A stretch of DNA of 64,000 bases from Candidatus Bathyarchaeota archaeon (GTDB lineage Archaea; Thermoproteota; Bathyarchaeia; Bathyarchaeales; Bathycorpusculaceae), in contig CAVZJV010000014.1 in the NCBI GenBank assembly GCA_963775685.1, positions 1,632,001-1,696,000 of the forward strand, given 5' to 3'. The notes beneath the pieces are model-generated. The model was not told the origin of the DNA. It made no database searches and saw nothing but the letters and a program-made list of their open reading frames with translations. The position numbers were made by a program, and so were the translations under genes. The stretch's first letter is position 1. Each line of letters starts with the position of its first letter. Positions 41,365 to 51,008 of the stretch are shown piece after piece.

Positions 41365-41691
41365 CTATGGGGGCGGAGTAATTTTTATCGCTGCAGCTGG
41401 GCACTGCATCTCGCATGCTAGGCATTGTATGCAGTCTTTTTCTCTTGCTGGGTCAGATTTTCGGTTGGATAGCGGGTGTCCTGGCGAGTCAGCCCAATCG
41501 TAAAGTGATACGGGACAGACGTCTATACACACACCATCTCCTAGGCAACTATCCCAGTCTACTGCGCTGGTTGCTCCATGAATTCCAAGCTTCTCTGGGG
41601 CGTCAACGGGTCCCCAGACTTTGTGTCCGTTATGTTCACTTACAACTTGTCGTTTGGTTTGAAAATCAGGGTCTATTGGCAAAAAATTCAC
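41365..41691 (-). CDS. Zinc-containing dicluster ferredoxin (Zfx type)
   Basis: EHNGHK...LGIHG extension; CLGDGVC...CP and CIQCLAC...CP. Confidence 0.85.
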   Translation of the reverse strand: MNFLPIDPDFQTKRQVVSEHNGHKVWGPVDAPEKLGIHGATSAVDWDSCLGDGVCIDVCPVSLYDWADSPGHPLSNRKSDPAREKDCIQCLACEMQCPAAAIKITPPP

Positions 41692-41786
41692 CTAATAAAG
41701 TCAAGAAAGCATAGGATATTAGGCTTTCTGCTTTTTGGTTCCGCAAAGCATTTGGGTTCGTGTTAGAGGTAATAGTTATGGTTTGA

Positions 41787-42566
41787 ATGAGTCAATATTT
41801 CTCGCCTGCTGGAATGAAGTATGCAACTCTTGAAGAGCGAAAGCAGTTCTACAATCAAGAGTTTAGTCTCCAGAAGGTAAGGGAATGGTTCAAGAGTGAA
41901 CTGGGCAACATCAAGTTTGCAGTAATCATAGGAAGGCATACAAAGATTTACCCAGAAAAATATAAGCAAGACGCCTCGACCACCATAATAATTGACGAAT
42001 ACAAGAGCCTTGAAGATGTCTGCAAACAAATAGTGGAGTTTTTGCCTGAAGCTGTCTATTACGACCGTAATGTCTATGACTCAAATGACAGCAAGATGGG
42101 GCAGGAGTTGGCTTTTGATCTTGACCCCGAAAACATAACTTGCCCCATTCATGGCACCTTGGCGGATAAGATGACGCGAAAACAGGGATTGAGCTTCTGC
42201 GAAATCGAATTTGACATGGTTAAACAGGAAGCAATCGGACTCTTTGAATTTCTATCTGACAAGTTTTCTGATTTGAGGGTTGTTTATTCCGGCAGAGGCT
42301 TTCATCTACACGTCTTAGATCCCAAAGCCTACAAACTAAGCATAGATGAGCGGATTAAAGTTGCCCGACAAGCAAAACGGGAAGGTTTTCACATCGACGA
42401 TTGGGTAACCTCAGGCGAATTTCGCTTAATCAGGTTGCCCTACAGTCTAAACGCGTTGGTCTCAAGAATCGTGTTACCACTAAAAAAGGATGAACTGAGA
42501 AGCTTTGATGCCGCCCACGACAAACGTTGCCTACCAAAATTTTTGGGTGAAGAAGCTACTTTTTGA
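41787..42566 (+). CDS. AEP primase, PriS-like
   Basis: ELAFDLD, YSGRGFH, D..VT, RLIRLPYSLN. Confidence 0.85.
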   Translation: MSQYFSPAGMKYATLEERKQFYNQEFSLQKVREWFKSELGNIKFAVIIGRHTKIYPEKYKQDASTTIIIDEYKSLEDVCKQIVEFLPEAVYYDRNVYDSNDSKMGQELAFDLDPENITCPIHGTLADKMTRKQGLSFCEIEFDMVKQEAIGLFEFLSDKFSDLRVVYSGRGFHLHVLDPKAYKLSIDERIKVARQAKREGFHIDDWVTSGEFRLIRLPYSLNALVSRIVLPLKKDELRSFDAAHDKRCLPKFLGEEATF

Positions 42567-42648
42567 CTTCTTTTGCTTTCTTTTCTTTTTTGCTATAATA
42601 AGATGTTTTTTTCTTTTGTTCTTCGGCAGCCTTTGGTTTTTTAGCCAT
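42556..42648 (-). CDS. 30-aa Lys-rich peptide
   Basis: MAKKPKAAEEQKKKTSYYSKKEKKAKEVKK; GAGG RBS. Confidence 0.45.
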   Translation of the reverse strand: MAKKPKAAEEQKKKTSYYSKKEKKAKEVKK

Positions 42649-42760
42649 TAAAAATCCTCAATAACCAGTACCTGTAACTTGCATAAAAGATTTTCTAACA
42701 GGGCGATTCGACGTTGAAAGGTTTATTTGCATTCGAATCTTCGTTTATCTGTAGTGAGGC

Positions 42761-44146
42761 TTGTTTATGGAGCAGTTTGATGTAATTGTAGTCGGTTCAG
42801 GTTCTGGAATGATAGTTGCTTCAGCCGCGGTTGAGGAGGGTTTTAAGGTAGCATTGGTTGAGCATGGAAAAATGGGCGGCACTTGCATAAACGTTGGCTG
42901 TGTACCCTCAAAGATGCTAATTTACCCTGCGGACATAATTGCCACCCTCAAAACCGCAGACCAGCTGGGCATTCACGCTGCCGTAAACTCTGTCGACTTT
43001 AGCAACATTATGAAGAGGATGCACACGCTCATTAACCATGACTCGATGCATCAAGCCGCTGCTGTAAAAGCCACGCCAGAACTGACATGGTTCCAAGAAA
43101 AAGGCGAATTCATCAGCGATTATACCATTAAAGTTGGCGTACACACAATTTCAGCGAAAATAATTTTCATTGCGTCAGGCGCTTATACCTCAATCCCGCA
43201 AGTCAAGGGCATAGAAAACACCAGTTACCTAACAAGCGAAACGGTGCTGGAACTGCAGTCGCCTCCAAAGAGCATCATCATTGTTGGGGGAGGCTACATT
43301 GGCATGGAATACGGGCATTTCTTTTCAGCCATTGGAGTAAAAACAACCATAATACAGCGACCTAACCATGTCTTGCCTGAAGAGGAGCCAGAAATCTCGA
43401 CCTTGCTCCAAACTGAGATGGAGAAGCGTATGAAGATCTTCACGGGTTACGAAGCACTTGAAGTACGGCAGGAGGACTCTCTGAAGGTGCTTGTTGCAAA
43501 AAACCGTCAAGACGATAGCACAAAGGAGTTCTCAGCTGAAGCCATAATGGTTGCCACGGGCAGAACATCCAACGCTATCAGCCTTAAACTTGAAAAGACA
43601 GGCGTAAAGCTCAATGAAAATGGTTTCATAATCGTCAACGATTACCTTGAGACCAGCAAGAAGAATATTTTCGCGTTTGGCGACGCCATTGGCAAGGCAA
43701 TGTTTAAGCATGTTGCCAACTATGAGGCAGGCATATCCTGGCACAACGCTATTCATAATCACAAGGTTAAAGTGGACTTTTCGGCGGCACCTCACGCGGT
43801 CTTTACGCATCCTCAGGTTGCCTCAGTCGGCTTAAAAGAGGAGAGAGCAATACAGCAAAACTTCAAGATTTTGGTTGGACGCGCCCAATACAAGGACACT
43901 GCTATGGGTGCTGCGCTAGGATTCCCAGAGGGCTTTGTGAAAGTCATCGTTGAGAGAGAAACAGGCAGAATTCTCGGCGCCCACATCATCGGTCCCGAAG
44001 CTTCTATTCTCATACAGGAAATTACTAACGCTATGGTTACCGAAAAAGGCGATTTCGGACCCATCGCAAGAGGCATGCACATCCATCCCGCCTTAAATGA
44101 AGTAGTGCAGAACGCCTTCGGCGATCTCCATGAACATGAGCACTAA
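42761..44146 (+). CDS. Dihydrolipoamide dehydrogenase-like flavin disulfide reductase
   Basis: GGTCINVGCVPSK, GGGYIG, HPALNE. Confidence 0.9.
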   Translation: MFMEQFDVIVVGSGSGMIVASAAVEEGFKVALVEHGKMGGTCINVGCVPSKMLIYPADIIATLKTADQLGIHAAVNSVDFSNIMKRMHTLINHDSMHQAAAVKATPELTWFQEKGEFISDYTIKVGVHTISAKIIFIASGAYTSIPQVKGIENTSYLTSETVLELQSPPKSIIIVGGGYIGMEYGHFFSAIGVKTTIIQRPNHVLPEEEPEISTLLQTEMEKRMKIFTGYEALEVRQEDSLKVLVAKNRQDDSTKEFSAEAIMVATGRTSNAISLKLEKTGVKLNENGFIIVNDYLETSKKNIFAFGDAIGKAMFKHVANYEAGISWHNAIHNHKVKVDFSAAPHAVFTHPQVASVGLKEERAIQQNFKILVGRAQYKDTAMGAALGFPEGFVKVIVERETGRILGAHIIGPEASILIQEITNAMVTEKGDFGPIARGMHIHPALNEVVQNAFGDLHEHEH

Positions 44147-44204
44147 GTCAGATAATCTAAACAGTTATATTCGGCTTATCCCAAATTTTATCAGTGATCT
44201 TTTT

Positions 44205-44489
44205 ATGCAGTTCTCAAAGGTTTCTGGACAAAAAAATAACCACAAAGTTACTCTCTACGCACTTAGCACTTGTGTTTGGTGTAAAATGACAAAACAATAC
44301 TTAAAGGACAACAATGTCGAATTCGAATTTGTTGATGTTGACTTGCTAGACGATAAAGATAAGACCACCGCTCATGAGGCTATCACCACCAAGGGCGGAG
44401 TTTTAAGCTACCCAACAGCAATTGTTGATGACAAAACAGTAATCACGGGTTTCCGAAAGGATCTTCTAAAAGAGGCGCTTGATCTTTGA
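44205..44489 (+). CDS. Glutaredoxin/NrdH-like protein
   Basis: STCVWC, SYP, TGF. Confidence 0.9.
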   Translation: MQFSKVSGQKNNHKVTLYALSTCVWCKMTKQYLKDNNVEFEFVDVDLLDDKDKTTAHEAITTKGGVLSYPTAIVDDKTVITGFRKDLLKEALDL

Positions 44490-45046
44490 CCACAATTGAG
44501 CAGACCCGAAAAAGAGCCGAAACCGACGCAAAAAGCTATGGCTACTTCCTCACTCCTCAATCTGAACTGTTGCAGATGTTTCTTGAAGGTCTAAAGACAA
44601 ATGAGGACCGATATGGCTACCCCTCATGTCCATGCAGACTAGCAACTGGCAACCTTGAGATTGACAGAGATATAATCTGCCCCTGCGACTACCGCGATCC
44701 AGACGTTGCCGAATTTGGCGCATGCTACTGCCGCCTCTACGTCAACAAAGCGGTCTTTGAGAGCCAGAAATTGCCCGAAGTTCCCGAACGTCGCCCGGAA
44801 GAGAAAATGGCACGCGCATATGGAACGCATTCCAACGAGAAAACAGGCGCAGAACAAACACAGGGAGCACCAGAAAAACCCTCATTGCCTCCGCAAGTTA
44901 AGCCTGAAGTAAAAAAGAAGTTATGGTATTGCAAACAATGCGGCTATGTGGTATACCGAGAAGACCCGCCGTACGTCTGCCCGATTTGTAAAGCTAGGAA
45001 AGAAATGTTTGCTGAAATAGAAACCAAAGTTGAATACAAAGGCTAA
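44486..45046 (+). CDS. Ferredoxin:thioredoxin reductase catalytic subunit fused to rubredoxin (FDR type)
   Basis: CPCR, CPC, CYC; C-terminal CKQC/CPIC. Confidence 0.9.
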   Translation: MTTIEQTRKRAETDAKSYGYFLTPQSELLQMFLEGLKTNEDRYGYPSCPCRLATGNLEIDRDIICPCDYRDPDVAEFGACYCRLYVNKAVFESQKLPEVPERRPEEKMARAYGTHSNEKTGAEQTQGAPEKPSLPPQVKPEVKKKLWYCKQCGYVVYREDPPYVCPICKARKEMFAEIETKVEYKG

Positions 45047-45195
45047 GTTTGATCGATTTCAATTTCAATTTTCTTCCAGTCCCCTTTTATGCCCTTCAAG
45101 GAACCCACCGCGCCTGTAATTGTTCCGCTTAGGATTCTTTCGACAAACTCGTTTAGGGGGATTTCTTTTCCGTCAACCTTCAGTTTAAAACTCAA
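45043..45195 (-). CDS. 50-aa protein resembling the archaeal MobB C-terminal domain
   Basis: LKVDGKEIPLNEFVERILSGTITGAVGSLKG; GGGTG RBS; not in ORF track. Confidence 0.7.
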   Translation of the reverse strand: MSFKLKVDGKEIPLNEFVERILSGTITGAVGSLKGIKGDWKKIEIEIDQT

Positions 45196-45272
45196 ACAAT
45201 GCACCCGAATTGTTCTTTATTGAATAGGAAAAGAAAAGTTTTTCCTTTGAGAAAATAAAGTTTTAGATCCTG

Positions 45273-45413
45273 TTAGGCCTTCTGGATTGAGTCATGATTT
45301 TTCATGTTGTTTTTGGCGTTCATTTCTTTCTTCCTTGTCAAAGTGTATTTTACCAGGGCGAAAGTTAGGAAGGCTAAACCGAATGCTTCCATGATTAGAG
45401 CGGTTTCTTCCAT
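45273..45413 (-). CDS. Single-TM microprotein (may extend to ATG 45496 via a frameshift)
   Basis: MEETALIMEAFGLAFLTFALVKYTLTRKK... Confidence 0.55.
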   Translation of the reverse strand: MEETALIMEAFGLAFLTFALVKYTLTRKKEMNAKNNMKNHDSIQKA

Positions 45414-45560
45414 TATTTCGGTTCCGCCTTCAGGGTTTTTTCGACGCCTTTGATTGTTTGAGGGCATTTTACAGATTTAGAGAGTTCTTCACTCATTTTC
45501 TACCACCTTTTTTGTTATTACTGTAGTATGTTCAATAAAATATAAACATAGTTAAGATTT

Positions 45561-45579
45561 ATTCATAAAACTTATGAAT
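45561..45579. promoter_or_regulatory. Operator TTCATAA-N3-TTATGAA, copy 1
   Basis: Perfect inverted repeat beside TATA-like AAAATATAAA at 45537-45546. Confidence 0.7.
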
Positions 45580-45711
45580 TATTGTGAAAGTTACAAGTAG
45601 TCTGTCAAGACACAAAAATTTTCCAACAAAAGGTCATAGGAAAAATAATCCCTGCCGTATCCATTTAAAGTTTTTAAAAAAAACACCGTTAAAAACAAAA
45701 ACCGGGACTTG

Positions 45712-45849
45712 TTAAGATGGAGTTTGATCTGAGGAACTTTGGTTGCTTAGCTTCTTCGCCAAATATATTGTACTGAAGAAGAATACGAAGACTATTGCAA
45801 GCGAACTTAAGCCGAAAATTCTTAAAATTTGGACTGTTGATAGTATCAT
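45712..45849 (-). CDS. 45-aa single-TM microprotein
   Basis: MILSTVQILRIFGLSSLAIVFVFFFSTIYLAKKLSNQ...; not in ORF track. Confidence 0.6.
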   Translation of the reverse strand: MILSTVQILRIFGLSSLAIVFVFFFSTIYLAKKLSNQSSSDQTPS

Positions 45850-45918
45850 TTGTCTATCAAGCCTTTTTGGTTAAAATAATTAATGTGTCTAACAAAATAT
45901 AAATATGTTTGAGAACCG

Positions 45919-45935
45919 TTCATAATAGTTATGAA
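45919..45935. promoter_or_regulatory. Operator TTCATAA-N3-TTATGAA, copy 2
   Basis: Same spacing to AAAATATAAA (45894-45903) as copy 1. Confidence 0.7.
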
Positions 45936-45978
45936 ATTATGTCCATATGCCCAGTTAATTTCAAATACAAGTAAACAA

Positions 45979-46551
45979 TTATGCTCTTAACGCGCCAGAT
46001 TTAATTGTAACTCTTAATTTAGTCAAGTTCTCTTTCAGCTCTGCCTTAACACCCATAGCAGAAAAGTATTCCTCCAGGAAAATCCTTATGAAATCCTTGG
46101 AAACCTCCGAAACCAACACCAGCGTGAAGTCATTGGGGCCGTTCTTTGTTAGGCGATAAAAGTTGCAGACTTCAAGTCTGGACAGCATTTCTTCTGGAGA
46201 ATGTATCTTTGTTTTTAACTGTTCCCAGTGAGCTCGTGCGACTTCTTTGTGCTCAGCCCAGAATCTTTCTTTTTCTGGCGAGGAAGTGATCAGGCGGAGG
46301 AACATGAGCCAGTGGTCCACATCTAGGATTATGTGTTCACCTGACGGGAGCATGTCAAGGTAGGCGTGGATTTTCTTCTTAGTGACTGGGTCTTCGAGGG
46401 CTTTGTTTTCATTGTAGAATTTTAAGGCTCGGCGCATGGTTTCGCTTTGTGAGACTTGGGCTTCGGCGCTTATTTTTTCTAGCAAGTCAGCTGTTGTTTT
46501 GTCAAAGGCAACAGTTATTCTTGTAGGGCTCACCATGTTTCCACTTAACAC
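45979..46551 (-). CDS. RHH/CopG regulator with C-terminal sensing domain
   Basis: RITVAFD...SQSETMRRAL. Confidence 0.8.
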   Translation of the reverse strand: MLSGNMVSPTRITVAFDKTTADLLEKISAEAQVSQSETMRRALKFYNENKALEDPVTKKKIHAYLDMLPSGEHIILDVDHWLMFLRLITSSPEKERFWAEHKEVARAHWEQLKTKIHSPEEMLSRLEVCNFYRLTKNGPNDFTLVLVSEVSKDFIRIFLEEYFSAMGVKAELKENLTKLRVTIKSGALRA

Positions 46552-46560
46552 TTTTTACAC

Positions 46561-46580
46561 ATTTTCAACTTATTGAAAAT
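46561..46580. promoter_or_regulatory. Palindrome ATTTTCAA-CTTA-TTGAAAAT
   Basis: Lies between the TATA box and the regulator start. Confidence 0.5.
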
Positions 46581-46750
46581 TATATAAACATTACGCAGTC
46601 AAATGCAAGCTTTCATTTAGCAGGTTTATACTTCATCAAAATATTTCTAAACAATTGTTTAGTATACAAAAGCATCGCCTGAACTCATTAAAATCTTTTT
46701 TAGAGACAACCAACCAGTATAAATCAACAGGCTTTTAGGAGAATAACAAC

Positions 46751-47410
46751 TTGAAAACACCGAAAGTATTTCTCGAACCTAAACAAAAAACCCAAAAAAT
46801 AATTGAACTTCTTGAAAAACAGTACCCAAACGCGAAAACTGCCCTAAACTACACCTCTCCTCTAGAAATTCTGGTCGCAACCATGCTCTCTGCGCAAACA
46901 ACCGACGTACAAGTCAACAATGTAACACAAAAACTCTTCATAAAATATCGAACCCCCCAGGACTATGCCAACACCAACATAAAAGAACTGGAACAAGATA
47001 TCCACTCAACAGGCTTCTACCACAACAAAGCAAAAAACCTCCAAAACTGCTGCCGGCTTCTCGTAGAAAAGTTTCATTCTCAGGTCCCAAAAACGATGGA
47101 TGAGTTGCTGGAACTTCCGGGCGTGGCAAGGAAAACCGCTAACATTGTACTCTACAACGCTTTCGGCACCGTCGCCGGTATAGCGGTTGACACCCATGTA
47201 CGCAGGTTGTCTGAGAGGCTTGGATTAACTGAGAAAAAAGACCAAGACAAAATAGAACAAGACCTAATGCAAATCACACCTAAGTCGAAGTGGATGGAAC
47301 TTACTGACCTACTGATTTTCCACGGAAGACAAGTCTGCACCGCAAAAAAACCCAAATGTGAAATATGCGTCCTCAACAAGATTTGCCCTTCAGCCTTCAC
47401 TTTTGGTTAG
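46751..47410 (+). CDS. nth: Endonuclease III
   Basis: SAQTTD, LPGVARKTA, VDTH, 4-Cys cluster. Confidence 0.97.
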   Translation: MKTPKVFLEPKQKTQKIIELLEKQYPNAKTALNYTSPLEILVATMLSAQTTDVQVNNVTQKLFIKYRTPQDYANTNIKELEQDIHSTGFYHNKAKNLQNCCRLLVEKFHSQVPKTMDELLELPGVARKTANIVLYNAFGTVAGIAVDTHVRRLSERLGLTEKKDQDKIEQDLMQITPKSKWMELTDLLIFHGRQVCTAKKPKCEICVLNKICPSAFTFG

Positions 47411-47465
47411 GCACTAGCCATTTATACACGCGTTAACTTTTCTTTTTATAACAAGGACTGATTTT

Positions 47466-47945
47466 ATGATAAACCAATTTAAAATCGGAGACAAGGCGCC
47501 TGATTTCACGTTGCCAGATACTGAGAGGAAACAGCGGAGCCTCAGCGAGTTCTTGGGAAAAAAAGTGGTTTTAGCGTTCTACGTGGGTGCTTTCACTTCA
47601 ACCTGCACCAAGGAAGTTTGTGAGTTCCGCGATTCTATGGCACGACTAGTTGATTTAAACGCCCAAGTCATCGGAGTCAGCGTCAACGACCCCTTCTCGA
47701 ACAGGGCGTTTGCAGAAAAAAACCGTTTGCCTTTCTCTCTACTTAGCGACTATAACCGAAAAGTCATCAAGCAATGGGATCTGGAGCTGGAAGATTTTGC
47801 TGGCCTAAAAGGCTACACAGTTGCTAAACGTTCAATCTTCATACTCGACGAACAAGGCATAGTGCGCTACATCTGGATTTCGGAAGACCCATCAGTTGAA
47901 CCAAAATACGAAGAAATACAAAAAGCCCTAGAACAAATTCCATAG
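47466..47945 (+). CDS. bcp: Peroxiredoxin Bcp/PrxQ
   Basis: [10 protein letters not shown]. Confidence 0.9.
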   Translation: MINQFKIGDKAPDFTLPDTERKQRSLSEFLGKKVVLAFYVGAFTSTCTKEVCEFRDSMARLVDLNAQVIGVSVNDPFSNRAFAEKNRLPFSLLSDYNRKVIKQWDLELEDFAGLKGYTVAKRSIFILDEQGIVRYIWISEDPSVEPKYEEIQKALEQIP

Positions 47946-47946
47946 C

Positions 47947-48535
47947 CTAAGGCTTCTTTTCCATAAGCATAGTGAAGAAAAAACGGATGACTCCATCACC
48001 TTTCAGCGAAAAATAATCTCTTACCTCATCCAACCCAAAGAACCCTGTAAAGAAGCCAACTAACTGCTCCCGTGTGAAGTGATTCCATCCCGGTCCGTTC
48101 CTGTAACTAAAACACGTAAGCATGTAAGCACCGCCTTCTCGAAGGACACGGTGCACGCCCGCTATGAATTTAGCGCGCTCTTCAACCTCAACATGGTGGA
48201 AGCACCGCATTTCAAAAATGAAATCGAATTCTTCATCGCTAAAGGACAAGTCGATAAAGCTCTCGGATAAAAAGGTGATATTCACTTTAGCGCGGTATGC
48301 TTTTTTCTTGCCAATTTTGAGGGCGGTTTTGGAGATATCGATGCCCTTTACTTCGAAGTTGTTTTGGGCTAAATAGACGGGTGTTGGTTGCTACAACGCA
48401 ACAAAGGTCTAAGACGTTGCCTTTTTGGCAAGAGCCTTTTTTCCATGTATTCGACCAGTATGGGACGGGGTTTGCCAAGTTCCCAGCCTATCTCTTCAAG
48501 CGGATACCGACGATAGTACTCATCCCACCTCCCAT
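47947..48535 (-). pseudogene. Class I SAM methyltransferase, frameshifted
   Basis: WELGKPRP, VLDLCC, GIDIS and CFHH lie in different frames. Confidence 0.75.
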
Positions 48536-48708
48536 AATCAGAACCCATAAAACCACACAGGGCTAAACGATTACGGAAAATTTTAATATACCTTCCAAAA
48601 AGCCGTATAGCTTCGAGAGTTAAAAGGTGAAATACCGTTTTTTTAGCGCAAAAAGTTATTAGGCTTAGATAAAAGATAATTTGGTGTTCAGATTGGTGGA
48701 TTTATTTA

Positions 48709-49572
48709 GTGTCTTTTGAAATCCAAGAATTACCCGATGTTATCCGAATTATTGTTCTGTTAAATCTCACCAAAGGCGCCAAAATAAAAAAAATAACCCT
48801 CAAAAAAAGGCTCGACCGTGTCTGCGCCAGCTACGCCTGCATCGAGATGAGTGAACTCGATAAAGCGTTAACAGAAATGGCCACTGAAGGGCTCATCATT
48901 GAAAAAACTGGCGTAGTTCAGTTGACAGCTCAGGGTCAAAAGCTGGGCAAGGAATGGGAAATCCTTCTACTTAAGAAGGAGCCCATCATGGAGATAGTTG
49001 CTGGCTTGGTTGATGGCTCAATAACCAGCTTAGTTGTTATTCTTTCTGCTTTTATAGCCTCCTTGACAGGTACCCAAACGTTACTAGGTGATCCCAGAAC
49101 GCTCATTTTCGCTGCTTTGCTTACATTGAGTGCCGTAGCGATAACGGGCTTTTCAAGTTTTCTGCTTGGCGGAATCACCTCAGATTTAGCCGACATCATG
49201 ACGCTGCAGAACTTGATGAATTACAGCTTAAGCGACATACCGGATAAGAAAGAACGCGACAAGTCACTGCTGCTTGTCCAGAAACTATTCACTTTACTCA
49301 GCAAACAAATACATAGGTCTAACCTTTACGGCGCAACCATATCTGGAGTAACAACTTTTGTAGCAGGCATTATTCCAATAGCAACTTACCTTGTTCTTCC
49401 TCCTTTCTACAACATTGCGATATCGCTTGGTGAAGTCGTTGTTATTTCAGGCGTATTTCTAGCCCGATACCGTTCAAAGAAGACAAGGGTGAATTGGAAA
49501 GTAACGCTCGCCGAAACCGTGGCCATCGTAATGATCGCGACAGTTGTCTCTTTGCTGCTGGGTGTAATATAA
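48709..49572 (+). CDS. wHTH fused to a VIT1/CCC1-like membrane domain
   Basis: N-terminal EGLI...LTAQG wing; GLVDGSIT; AGIIPIATY. Confidence 0.6.
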   Translation: MSFEIQELPDVIRIIVLLNLTKGAKIKKITLKKRLDRVCASYACIEMSELDKALTEMATEGLIIEKTGVVQLTAQGQKLGKEWEILLLKKEPIMEIVAGLVDGSITSLVVILSAFIASLTGTQTLLGDPRTLIFAALLTLSAVAITGFSSFLLGGITSDLADIMTLQNLMNYSLSDIPDKKERDKSLLLVQKLFTLLSKQIHRSNLYGATISGVTTFVAGIIPIATYLVLPPFYNIAISLGEVVVISGVFLARYRSKKTRVNWKVTLAETVAIVMIATVVSLLLGVI

Positions 49573-49576
49573 CCCG

Positions 49577-50002
49577 CTAAGGTAAACGGTGGTGTTCAAC
49601 CATCAAACACTTGTCCATGACCACAACCAATCCAGCTTTTTTTGCCGCTTCAGCCGCCGCCTCGTTAACTATCCCCTGCTGCATCCAGACCACAAATTGT
49701 CTGCCGAACTTGGTTTTTATTTGGATTGCTTGCTCAACGATCGGCGGCACATCCGCAGGTTTCCTAAATATATCTACGATGTCTATAGTTTTCTGGAGTT
49801 GCTCAGGAATGCTAAGTAGGCTTTTGTAGCTTTTCTCACCTAAAATCTCACGCGCAAGGGGGTTTACGGGTATGACACGGTAACCGTGGTGTTTTAGGTA
49901 GAGGCTTACTCCGAAGCTGTGTTTTTGCGGCTCGGGGGATAAACCAACAACCACTATCGTTTTAGCTTTCTGCAGAAAATCGCTTATTTCATTTTGCGCC
50001 AA
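49577..50002 (-). CDS. CoA-binding protein (YccU family)
   Basis: VVGLS, PVNP, DIFR, WMQQG, DKCLMVEH. Confidence 0.9.
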   Translation of the reverse strand: MAQNEISDFLQKAKTIVVVGLSPEPQKHSFGVSLYLKHHGYRVIPVNPLAREILGEKSYKSLLSIPEQLQKTIDIVDIFRKPADVPPIVEQAIQIKTKFGRQFVVWMQQGIVNEAAAEAAKKAGLVVVMDKCLMVEHHRLP

Positions 50003-50021
50003 AGAATTTTCCCCTAAGAAG

Positions 50022-50955
50022 TTATTGGGCTTCGCTGAGTTTCAAATCAAAAAAATGCTCTCGCCCATTTCGTACAGCAAAAATCCTGACTGACTCACCC
50101 ACTTTCCGCTTATGAACCTCGGCGACCAAATCTTCAATCCTACCCAAATTCACATCGTTGATTTGCGGGATTATATCTCCATCGCCCAATCCTGCAGCTT
50201 CAGCGGAGCTCCCATCAGTCACTTTGGTTACAAAAACGCCTCGGTTAACCGGTAGATTGTAGTACCGCGCAATCTCCATAGTTATGTTCAGACCCACTAT
50301 GCCCAGCTCAGGTGTTTTTGTGTCGCCTTCATTTAGTATGTCATTTGCGCAGCTTTTCGCGGAGTTTATGGGTATCGCAAACCCAATACCTTGCGCATAG
50401 GGGATGATTGCGGTGTTGATAACGACGACTTTGCCAGTCACATCAACTATTGGTCCACCACTGTTGCCAGGGTTAATTGAGGCATCGGTTTGTACAAGGT
50501 TCTCAATCAAACCTCGTTCTGGCTCGATTGTGCGGTTTATGGCGCTGACAACTCCTGAGGTCACGCTTGGATCCCCAGCTAAACCCAAACGGGTTGCCAA
50601 TCGCTTAAACCCTCTGCCCAACCCTGAGACTTTCGGGGTCGCCCAATTGAGCGGATTGCAAGTCTTTTTCCTTGACTTTTATAACGGCGATGTCGTGAAT
50701 TGCACATGACCCTGCTATGGTGCCTTCGAGGACTTGATTGTTCCAAAGGGTGATGTTGATTTTCTCTGCTCCGCCTATCACATGGTTATTAGTTAAAATT
50801 AGACCACTTTCGTCGATTATTGTACCTGAACCCATCCCCCCCACGGGTACGACTTGATAGAAGATGCTATGAACTAGTTTTACCGTGCTTATGTTGACAA
50901 CACATCTACTTACTTTTTCAATTGTATCTAAGACCGCGTTCTCATCGTAGGACAT
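50022..50955 (-). pseudogene. htrA: HtrA/DegP protease with PDZ domain, interrupted
   Basis: TNNHV, DIAV, GNSGG; TAA at 50605 then +1 shift after AIGNPFG. Confidence 0.85.
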
Positions 50956-51008
50956 AGGGTTTCCTCAACACAGGTAAAACGCCGTTTTTAATAAGTCTTA
51001 ATTACAGC

